DNA from: Croceivirga radicis
GTDB taxonomy: Bacteria; Bacteroidota; Bacteroidia; Flavobacteriales; Flavobacteriaceae
DNA: 32,000 nt
Assembly (NCBI RefSeq): GCF_002072105.2
Contig: NZ_MTBC01000004.1
Location: 250,913 to 282,912, forward strand
Direction: 5' to 3'
Position 1 is the first letter of the stretch; each line of letters opens with the position of its first letter. The position numbers and the translations under genes were made by a program. This document shows, piece by piece, positions 24,336-32,000 of this stretch. A model generated the notes under the pieces. It made no database searches and was not told where the DNA came from. It saw only the letters and a program-made list of their open reading frames with translations.

Positions 24336-24365
24336 GAAAAGCTTCCAAATGCATGGAAGCTTTTC
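24336..24365. terminator. Hairpin terminator between convergent mnmE and GH115 genes
   Basis: GAAAAGCTTCCA-aatgca-TGGAAGCTTTTC, a 12-bp perfect stem. It lies 64 nt after the mnmE stop and 31 nt after the GH115 stop. Confidence 0.65.
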
Positions 24366-24395
24366 TAAACTAAAAACTAAACTAATTAACTAAAA

Positions 24396-27260
24396 CTATT
24401 TTCTGTAGGTAGGTGCCGGACCTTTGTAAGATTCCTGCAATCCCCCGAAATCAATAATTGCTTTTTGGATTACCATACCCGGATTACCACCTACTAACTT
24501 TAACGTATGTTTACCCGGTTTGGCAAGCCATATTTTACTTGTGTTGATAGCTGCATTACGGATTACGTTGCTCTGCCATTCAAACGAATATTCTTCAGAC
24601 GCAGTAGATTCCCAATGTATGGGACTATTGTCTATTTGAACGCCATAGCGTGTGCCGGTGTCTTCATCTTTTCCAAAAACCGGTAAGGCATAGGTGTACA
24701 CCGTTACATAGCCAGCTTTATCAGCATAAAAATCATAGGATACGGTCGTATTTGCCCAACCTTTATCCGTTACGCTACCCAGCTGTACCGAAGTTCCTAA
24801 ATAGCCTAAACCATCAATCACAGCTACCTTTGACCCTTTCTTTTCTTCTTTTCGTGATAATTTTGCTGGATTAATACTTACTACACCGTTATCTTCTACA
24901 TATAACACATCATCTGGTACCTTATTATTGTCCACTGCAAGTAAGACACTTTCCTCCTTACCAGCTATATTGAATATAATTTCTCCTTTAAGGAAAGGTT
25001 TATCTGGAATATTGCTCCAATCAATGGTAATAGCTATCTGTTCTTCTAAAATGGTCTTGCCTTTGGTCTTACCAATTTTAACCCATTTTGGTGCATTGAT
25101 AACTTGCCAAGAAACGGCTTCTTTGGATTTATTATAAAGCGTTATGTTGTGCGATTTTTGGGTACTTCTATAAAATTTTGGCAATTCATAATAACCACTA
25201 TTGGTATTTCCATTGGGTATAAAAAGTGAAAATGCCGGTTCTTCTGAAAGCGAAATGGTTTCCATGGGTGGCATTTGCAATTCTGGTAAACGGTCTGGAG
25301 CGGTCATCATGCCCTTCCATTTACCGTTACTTAAATTATTATATGCTTTGGTAATTAGCCCTAAACTATCGTCATACATTTTAACTTTATCCACCAAACT
25401 ATTGGTTGCCGCCCTACCTTGTTGGGCATACCAACGGTTTTTTTGGGCCAAAAGCATTTTATGGTTTACCAAATGCGCCCCTACAACCGGATATAAAACC
25501 AGCTGGTAATAAGCTGATTTCAACTCTTTAGGAAGGGTTTTATAAATGGATTTTGCTTTTTTGGAAATACTATTATAGCGTTTTAAACGTGTTTCTGCTT
25601 CGTTATAATTCTGAAAAGAAAACTCAGTATCCCGTATGTTTTCTTTGGCATCCAAACTGTTCCATCGCCAATCCCAAGCCATATATTCTGGTTTTCGCTC
25701 AAAACCTAGATTAAAATATTCAGTAAAAATTTGCTTAAAGTCCTCTTGGTACCGCGCTCCAAATAGCGCACTCAAATAAGCTGGAATTTTATCGTTACTA
25801 TTTCCAAAGTCGAAAGCAGAAACATCCCAAGCCATATCTAAAAAGAATTGCATACCCAACTCACCTGGCTTTATATCGCCTACATTAAGCAACCAATACG
25901 TATCTGCTCCAGTTCGGTAGGCCTTGCCCATTTCTTCTACCATTAAAGCTGGTGGTGTGGTGTTGAGCCAGAGGTAGTCATTAGGTGAACCTAAATACGA
26001 AATATGATAGTAAACGCCAATTCCTCCTTTGCGTTTCGCTTCTGTAGGATTGCTTAGTTTTTTAATGTACCCGTAATTATCGTCTGGCCATACAATGGTA
26101 ACATCTTCTGGTAATTGCATGCCGCTTTTATAGATATCCAACACCTCTTTATAGGGCACAAAAATTTGAGGAATAGCCTCTGGTTCTTTTTTAATATGTT
26201 TTTGTAAAATGTTGCGTTCCTCCCTAATTACTTGTTCCAATACACCCGCCTTGGTATACCCTTCTGGTACGTCTTTCATACCAGTATCGTGTATACCGCG
26301 CATTCCAACGGTATAAATATTCTCAAAGGGGGCCGCTTCTTTTACGCGGGCATCCATTACGGCCAGTACGCCATCTTTATTGGTTACATAATCCCACTCC
26401 CCATTTTTTTGCTTATCCCATTCTGTAGTATTGTTGTAAAGTAAAGGCTCTGCATGGCTCGTAGTCATTAGAATTCCATAACGGTCCGTTACTATTTTAT
26501 TTTCAGGGTATTTATAAAAAGCTCCGGTTACCTCATGCATGGCCGGGGCCAACATATTTGCTTTTAATCGTAATAAAAGTTCACAAACCTTTGCATAGGT
26601 ATTGGGACCAATATCACCAATTTCAGGATCCATTATTTTACTGGCCCATGGTTTTAACGCCCAATCTTCATCATTTAGGAAAACCCCTCTATATTTAACG
26701 GAAGGAGCTTTACTGGTATAATTTGGATTTTTAAGCACCACTTTAGATTGCTTTGCAATTGGTACGTCTGCCCACCAATACCATGGGGAAACACCTATGC
26801 GTTTAGAAAGTTCAAATACCCCGTAAGCCGTGCCCCTTCTATCGCTCCCCACTATCACTAGTGCCTTATCCAATCCTTTCCAAGGGCTTGCCACCGTTAA
26901 CAACTTAAAACGTTCCCATTGGTCCTCAATATCGTTAACTGTTATTTTGTTTGTTTTTATCAATCCTTGGATTAACGGACTATCCAAACTACCAATTAAA
27001 ATCGCAGTTTTACCTTTGGTTTTTTTATAGCTTAATTGGGGAGTTTTACCTGTTACGGATGCTATATCTTTCACCAAATGATTCGCTACAGTATGTACTG
27101 TTTCTGCATCTGATTTATCCACAACAATTGAAGCCACCTCGTTTTGATAGAATAGTTGAAATTCTTCCGTATTGGAAGTAGTACGCTGTGCGGTAAGTTG
27201 ATAGAAATTGGTAGTAATGAGCAAAGCCATTACTACCAATTGTATTCTCTTTTTATCCAT
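24396..27260 (-). CDS. Glycoside hydrolase family 115 (alpha-glucuronidase-like)
   Basis: 954 aa with a signal peptide. Signatures: GSDRRGTAYGVFELSKRIGVSPWYWWADVP and YRGVFLNDEDWALKPWA, which are characteristic of GH115. Confidence 0.88.
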   Translation of the reverse strand: MDKKRIQLVVMALLITTNFYQLTAQRTTSNTEEFQLFYQNEVASIVVDKSDAETVHTVANHLVKDIASVTGKTPQLSYKKTKGKTAILIGSLDSPLIQGLIKTNKITVNDIEDQWERFKLLTVASPWKGLDKALVIVGSDRRGTAYGVFELSKRIGVSPWYWWADVPIAKQSKVVLKNPNYTSKAPSVKYRGVFLNDEDWALKPWASKIMDPEIGDIGPNTYAKVCELLLRLKANMLAPAMHEVTGAFYKYPENKIVTDRYGILMTTSHAEPLLYNNTTEWDKQKNGEWDYVTNKDGVLAVMDARVKEAAPFENIYTVGMRGIHDTGMKDVPEGYTKAGVLEQVIREERNILQKHIKKEPEAIPQIFVPYKEVLDIYKSGMQLPEDVTIVWPDDNYGYIKKLSNPTEAKRKGGIGVYYHISYLGSPNDYLWLNTTPPALMVEEMGKAYRTGADTYWLLNVGDIKPGELGMQFFLDMAWDVSAFDFGNSNDKIPAYLSALFGARYQEDFKQIFTEYFNLGFERKPEYMAWDWRWNSLDAKENIRDTEFSFQNYNEAETRLKRYNSISKKAKSIYKTLPKELKSAYYQLVLYPVVGAHLVNHKMLLAQKNRWYAQQGRAATNSLVDKVKMYDDSLGLITKAYNNLSNGKWKGMMTAPDRLPELQMPPMETISLSEEPAFSLFIPNGNTNSGYYELPKFYRSTQKSHNITLYNKSKEAVSWQVINAPKWVKIGKTKGKTILEEQIAITIDWSNIPDKPFLKGEIIFNIAGKEESVLLAVDNNKVPDDVLYVEDNGVVSINPAKLSRKEEKKGSKVAVIDGLGYLGTSVQLGSVTDKGWANTTVSYDFYADKAGYVTVYTYALPVFGKDEDTGTRYGVQIDNSPIHWESTASEEYSFEWQSNVIRNAAINTSKIWLAKPGKHTLKLVGGNPGMVIQKAIIDFGGLQESYKGPAPTYRK

Positions 27261-27272
27261 TTAAAAATGTAA

Positions 27273-28928
27273 TTAATAACCAGGATTTTGCTCTAAATTT
27301 CCGTCCTTGTTACGTTCAATTTCATTAGCCGGTATGGGCCATAAATTATAGTGTTCTTGAATTTCATCTGCGTAATAAGGATTAAAACGCAACACCCTAT
27401 CGTATAACAATCCTGTACGCATTAGGGTTAGTCTTCTTTTTTCTTCAATCCCTAGCTCTCGCATTCTTTCGTCCAAAATATAATCCATATCCACATTAGA
27501 AGCTGCTACCGGCGTTGCATTAGATCTTGCCCTTACCGTATTGATATCTGATGCGGCATCTGTTAAATTACCAGCCATAAGGTATGCTTCTGCCCTTAAA
27601 AGATAAGTTTCTGCTAATCTGAACATATATTGATCTGTATATGTTGCACCGGCGGCATTGGTAAGTTGATAGGTTTCTGGATTTGCATACAAACCGTCTG
27701 GATGATTAAATGGTGTTGTACATTTAGATTGATACGCATAGAATGTTCTACTTGGAACTTCTACACCCTCTGGAGGGTTTTCAGTTGAAATTACTTGACC
27801 AAATAAAGGCGAGTTTGGATTGGTTGAAGTAAACTCCCTTACAAAATTGTGGCCAGCGTTTCTAATATCACTATCAAAATCTGTTTCCCATATCGTGTTG
27901 CTAAAATGTCTGGTAGAAATTGCCCAACCAATACCCCTACCTGCGGTATAGTCACCAATAGGCCAAGAAAAAGGACGGTCCCCATCTACCCGCAAATCTC
28001 TCATAAAGGTTCCGTGGTGTCTTTCTAACATATAGGAACCTCCTCTACCGGTAGAAGTAGTTCCACCACCTAAAACATCGGTCTCAAATTGAATGACCCA
28101 TATACCTTCTGTATTTCCAGAAGACCTATTCTGGTTGTTCTTCCTAAATAAATCCCAATAGACATCACCTGGTTCTTCGTTGGCCCTTGATCCAAATCTT
28201 GTAGTCATTAACGCGGTAGCAGGGTTATTGATAACTACTGTGGCAGCGGCAACAGCATCTTGAGGTCTATTGACGGCCAAATAAACTTCAGCTAGTAAAT
28301 GATAGGCGGCAAGGCTATTTACCCTTCCATCAGCAGCCTCTTCAATACTTGGTAGATTATCCTTGGCGTAATTAAGGTCTTCTATTACCTGGTTCAAAAC
28401 TTCTTCCTTGGTATTCCTGGTAAAGTCCGTTTTAGGTGCCGTTAATTGCTCCAATACAAGGGGTACCCCACCATATAAATAGGCAAGGCTTCTGTACGAG
28501 ATTCCCCTAAAAAATCTGGCTTGCGATAGAATATCCGTTTTTTGGTCATCAGTTAAATTAGACTGTTCTACTTGGTCTATTACCGCATTTGCTTCAGAAA
28601 TTGTTTTGAACAACAGGTTCCAATGTACCCTAGGAATTTCTGCAACAGGATCGTAGGCCGCGACCATATTGCTATGGCGCTGTGTACTTCTTTGCCCATC
28701 AAATACTATATCTGTACCGTAAATAAAATCAAAGGGTCGGTTTTCATCCCTGGAAAAATATTGCCTTCTATAAAGAAAGTACAAATTATTTACGGAAGCC
28801 AAAAAATCCTCATATGTAGTAAATGCGTTCGCAGAGCTTAAAAAGTCTTCTGGTTTTTCTTCTAGGAAATCCTTATCACAAGAAAATAGTAAGGAAATGG
28901 TTAAGAATATATAAATATATTTTTTCAT
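27273..28928 (-). CDS. susD: SusD/RagB family nutrient-binding outer-membrane lipoprotein
   Basis: Lipobox LLFSC followed by DKDFLEE. TPR-like SusD signatures: RFFRGISYRSLAYLYGGVPL and RLAETYLLRAEAYL. C-terminal WPIP..E...N...QNPGY. It lies 11 nt downstream of SusC. Confidence 0.95.
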   Translation of the reverse strand: MKKYIYIFLTISLLFSCDKDFLEEKPEDFLSSANAFTTYEDFLASVNNLYFLYRRQYFSRDENRPFDFIYGTDIVFDGQRSTQRHSNMVAAYDPVAEIPRVHWNLLFKTISEANAVIDQVEQSNLTDDQKTDILSQARFFRGISYRSLAYLYGGVPLVLEQLTAPKTDFTRNTKEEVLNQVIEDLNYAKDNLPSIEEAADGRVNSLAAYHLLAEVYLAVNRPQDAVAAATVVINNPATALMTTRFGSRANEEPGDVYWDLFRKNNQNRSSGNTEGIWVIQFETDVLGGGTTSTGRGGSYMLERHHGTFMRDLRVDGDRPFSWPIGDYTAGRGIGWAISTRHFSNTIWETDFDSDIRNAGHNFVREFTSTNPNSPLFGQVISTENPPEGVEVPSRTFYAYQSKCTTPFNHPDGLYANPETYQLTNAAGATYTDQYMFRLAETYLLRAEAYLMAGNLTDAASDINTVRARSNATPVAASNVDMDYILDERMRELGIEEKRRLTLMRTGLLYDRVLRFNPYYADEIQEHYNLWPIPANEIERNKDGNLEQNPGY

Positions 28929-28939
28929 TATACTAATTT

Positions 28940-31900
28940 TTAAAATGATACATTTAAGCCAATTGAATATCCTTTAAGCACTGGCCTACCACCATTTGTT
29001 AATCCTTGATTTGTTTCAGGGTCCCAACCTCTCCAGCTTGTCCAAGTAGCTAAATTTTTTCCACTTAAAAATAGACTTAATCCTGAAAGAGAAAGTTTAT
29101 CTAGCAATTCTTGATCAAAACTATATCTAAGACTTACATCTTGAAGCCTTACAAAGCTCCTATCCATATATATTGGCGGGGTAATGGTTGGTGCCGTGGA
29201 TGAGATGGGGTTTACACCATTTGGATTATTGGGTTGCCAATAATCTATACCACTTAAATAATTAAATCTAATAGAATTATCAGAAGTGTATAGCACATTT
29301 GAATTATACCCTAGATAAGAATCAGAACCTCCTTGTATAGAATTTAGAAAAAAGCTTAACGAAAGGTTTTTGTGGCTAAAGGTGTTTAAAATTGAAAATC
29401 TATAGGCAGGTTCACTACGTCCCAAGACCACCCGATCATCTACAGGTGTAATTTCTCCGTCTCCATTTTGATCTACCACCCTAAATGTTCCAGGAAAATA
29501 ACCATCTGGAATATTTTCTTCTCCTACTTGGTATATACCGTCTGTTTCATAATTATAATAGGTACCTAAAGACTCACCAATAAACAATCCACTAGAAATT
29601 AAATCGTCCTCAACCCCGTCTCCGTCCTCGTCTTGACCGGTAAGCTCAAGAATCTCATTCTTATTGGTAGAAAAATTTAGCGTTGTGGTCCAGTTAAAAT
29701 CATTAGACCTAACAATGTCGCCCGTAAGGGATATTTCTACACCTTTGTTTTCAATTTTACCAACATTGGTATTTATTCTTTCAAAACCGGTTATATACGG
29801 AATTGCGACGCTAAACAATAAATCGTTTGTTATATTTCTATAAACCTCTACATTACCATTAATACGATTATTAATAAAGCCGAAGTCCATACCAATGTTC
29901 AAACCTGTTGTTCGCTCCCATTTTAAATCAGCATTGGGCAATGAACTTAATTCTTGCCCAAAGGCGGGGGTACCCCCATCTCCAAATACATAGGCCGCTC
30001 TAGTACCTAATGATGCCAATGAATTATATCTGCTAGTTTGGTTACCACTAACACCGTAACCAACACGTAACTTTAAATTATTTATCCATTCTACATTATC
30101 CAAGAATTGCTCATTGGAAGCAATCCAGCCAAATGCCCCGGAAGGGAAATAGCCATATTTGTTATTAGCGGCAAAACCAGAAAAACCATCTCTTCTAATA
30201 GTACCCGTAAGTAAATATCTATTATCAAATTTATAGTTTAAACGAAACATCTGATAGTTTAACTGCTCACTAAAAGCTGATGAACTGGTGAATTGGTTTG
30301 CTCCTAACTCCAAACTATTATACCCTAAAGTAAGTCTTTCAAAACCGTTGGTATAAGCATTTGTACTTTCTCCTTTACGTTCAATGGCTCCGTATAAAAG
30401 GGTTAAGCCTAAATCATGTTTGTTAAAAGTTCTATTATACGTTAATATATTATCTAAGGTATAATCGTAATAAAAATTAATGTTTTTTCCAGCATCTCCG
30501 GTAAAACCAGCTCCATACTCACTAGAACCATAATATTTATCTATCCTGTAGTTGTTTCCAAAATTTACTCTATACTTTAATCCTTTTATAAATCCAAAAT
30601 CGATTTCTGAATAGAGATTAGCGAAAAAAGAATCATGTCTTTCTAAATCTTGAACGTCATAGGCAAGAAAAGGATTCAATTGAATGGTATTGAATGGTGA
30701 GAGTATTAAATTTCCCTCATCATCATAAGGTGTCAACAAAGGGGAAGAAGTTACCAATTCCCATATATTAGGTTCATCACCATCTTGGTTAACAAAAGAA
30801 CCAAAGGTTTGTATACCCACTTTCCACCAGTCCGTGGCGTCAATATCTACATTTACGCGGATATTCTTTCTTTGAAAATTATCATTTAAAATAAACCCTT
30901 TTTGATCAGTATGACCAATAGATAATAAATAACTAACGTTATCACCGCCACCAGCAACGCTGGCCTTATTTTCTATAATATAGCCCGTACGGGTACCCTC
31001 ATCCCACCAATCATAATCATTATCCAATAAATTTCCATCACCATCTACCATGGTTCCATCTACATAATCCGCTAAATCAAAGTCTGGATTAGGTGTAGTA
31101 AAATCTGGTCCTAAATAGGCATCTTCATAGTTTAACGCCCTTACCTTTTCTAAATACTCGTTTCTTCTCATGGGCCTTAAATTAACATTTGGACCTTGGG
31201 AGGTGTAAGAAGTAGAAAATGAAATGACAGGTTTTTTATTTTTCTTACCACTTTTAGTAGTGATCAACAGTACGCCATTTGCTGCTTGCGCACCATAGAC
31301 AGCTGTAGAGCTCGCATCCTTTAAAACATCTATAGACTCAATATTGTCCGGGTTTAAAGAAGATAGCGAACCGTTGTACTGAATACCATCTAAAACAATT
31401 AAAACGTTTGAGTTACCAGAAATGGTACTAGCACCTCTAATACGTATAGAGGGTGTGGCACCGGCACTCGTAACTTGACCCACATTAAGACCCGGCACAA
31501 CACCTTGTAAACTTTGGGCTATGTTGGTATTTGGCGCTTCTTTAAAAGCTTCAATATCCGCACTACTAACAGCACCGGTAACATCTGACTTTTTTTGCGT
31601 TCCGTAACCTACAACAACAATTTCATCTAGGGTTTCCACATCTTCTTTTAAAATGATGCTCAAAGATGACCTACCATTTAATGTAATCGATTGCGCAACA
31701 AAGCCAACATAAGAAACATTTAAAACACTTTTGTTAAGTGAATTAACGTTTATTGTGAATTTTCCGTCAAAATCCGAAGAGACCCCGTTTGTAGTTCCTT
31801 TTTCTATAATACTAGCATAAGGTATAGGAAGTTTATTACTATCCATTACCGTGCCGGTAACCGTTTGTTGCGCTTTTACTTGATTGCCAACGACCAGACC

Positions 31901-31945
31901 AAACGCCAATAGCAAAATAGAAAGGGGTGAAATAAAGGTTTTCAT
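28940..31945 (-). CDS. susC: SusC/RagA family TonB-dependent outer-membrane transporter
   Basis: From the ATG at 31945: signal MKTFISPLSILLLAFGLVVGNQVKAQQ. Carboxypeptidase-regulatory-like domain (VTGTVMD...PIPYASI...GTTNGVSSDFDGKFTI). Plug (VVVGYGTQKKSDVTGAVS). The barrel ends in GYSIGLNVSF. Confidence 0.95.
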   Translation of the reverse strand: MKTFISPLSILLLAFGLVVGNQVKAQQTVTGTVMDSNKLPIPYASIIEKGTTNGVSSDFDGKFTINVNSLNKSVLNVSYVGFVAQSITLNGRSSLSIILKEDVETLDEIVVVGYGTQKKSDVTGAVSSADIEAFKEAPNTNIAQSLQGVVPGLNVGQVTSAGATPSIRIRGASTISGNSNVLIVLDGIQYNGSLSSLNPDNIESIDVLKDASSTAVYGAQAANGVLLITTKSGKKNKKPVISFSTSYTSQGPNVNLRPMRRNEYLEKVRALNYEDAYLGPDFTTPNPDFDLADYVDGTMVDGDGNLLDNDYDWWDEGTRTGYIIENKASVAGGGDNVSYLLSIGHTDQKGFILNDNFQRKNIRVNVDIDATDWWKVGIQTFGSFVNQDGDEPNIWELVTSSPLLTPYDDEGNLILSPFNTIQLNPFLAYDVQDLERHDSFFANLYSEIDFGFIKGLKYRVNFGNNYRIDKYYGSSEYGAGFTGDAGKNINFYYDYTLDNILTYNRTFNKHDLGLTLLYGAIERKGESTNAYTNGFERLTLGYNSLELGANQFTSSSAFSEQLNYQMFRLNYKFDNRYLLTGTIRRDGFSGFAANNKYGYFPSGAFGWIASNEQFLDNVEWINNLKLRVGYGVSGNQTSRYNSLASLGTRAAYVFGDGGTPAFGQELSSLPNADLKWERTTGLNIGMDFGFINNRINGNVEVYRNITNDLLFSVAIPYITGFERINTNVGKIENKGVEISLTGDIVRSNDFNWTTTLNFSTNKNEILELTGQDEDGDGVEDDLISSGLFIGESLGTYYNYETDGIYQVGEENIPDGYFPGTFRVVDQNGDGEITPVDDRVVLGRSEPAYRFSILNTFSHKNLSLSFFLNSIQGGSDSYLGYNSNVLYTSDNSIRFNYLSGIDYWQPNNPNGVNPISSTAPTITPPIYMDRSFVRLQDVSLRYSFDQELLDKLSLSGLSLFLSGKNLATWTSWRGWDPETNQGLTNGGRPVLKGYSIGLNVSF

Positions 31946-32000
31946 AAATTCATAGTTTGTGGTTATTATTATACGTGTGATAATCACACCATTCAAATAT

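Noticed and set aside
1-32000. Search by eye for CRISPR arrays, IS elements or transposases, integrases, tRNA/rRNA genes, toxin-antitoxin pairs or known defence-system genes
   Set aside because: None was found. The longest non-coding stretches are under 190 nt, I noticed no repeat arrays, and every long ORF has a housekeeping, transport or envelope-type signature. Exhaustive repeat detection would need a computational self-alignment, which I cannot run.

Overview
This is a dense chromosomal segment with about 25 protein genes. I found no rRNA, tRNA, CRISPR, IS element or integrase. The content points to a marine Flavobacteriia-type (Bacteroidota) genome: a SusC/SusD pair, gldF/gldG, lipoproteins with K-D-D type export motifs, TAnnTTTG-like promoter boxes and AT-rich coding.

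Gene order:
- 3' end of a DnaQ-like exonuclease gene.
- A five-gene, translationally coupled envelope operon (314-8021, +): PSCyt1-DUF1549-DUF1553 lipoprotein, Tat-exported DUF1501 protein, Tat-exported NHL propeller, a secreted beta-sandwich protein, and a membrane-anchored heme c/LRR protein.
- An acetate module (8058-12024, -): DUF4212 small subunit, sodium:solute symporter, acs.
- phoH-purC (-).
- SAM hydroxide adenosyltransferase, ABM protein, gldF, gldG, dnaN (+).
- A four-gene cluster (19081-22392, -): small Cys-motif membrane protein, MbnP-like lipoprotein, MbnH/MauG-like di-heme peroxidase, and a Cys-rich outer-membrane barrel.
- A DUF4870 membrane protein (-) and mnmE (+).
- A polysaccharide-utilisation locus, cut off at the window edge (24396-31945, -): SusC, SusD, GH115.

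The two best candidates for uncharacterised biology are the 314-8021 operon and the 19081-22392 putative copper/redox cluster. All assignments rest on reading motifs by eye in the supplied translations. No database search was run, so family names need HMM confirmation.
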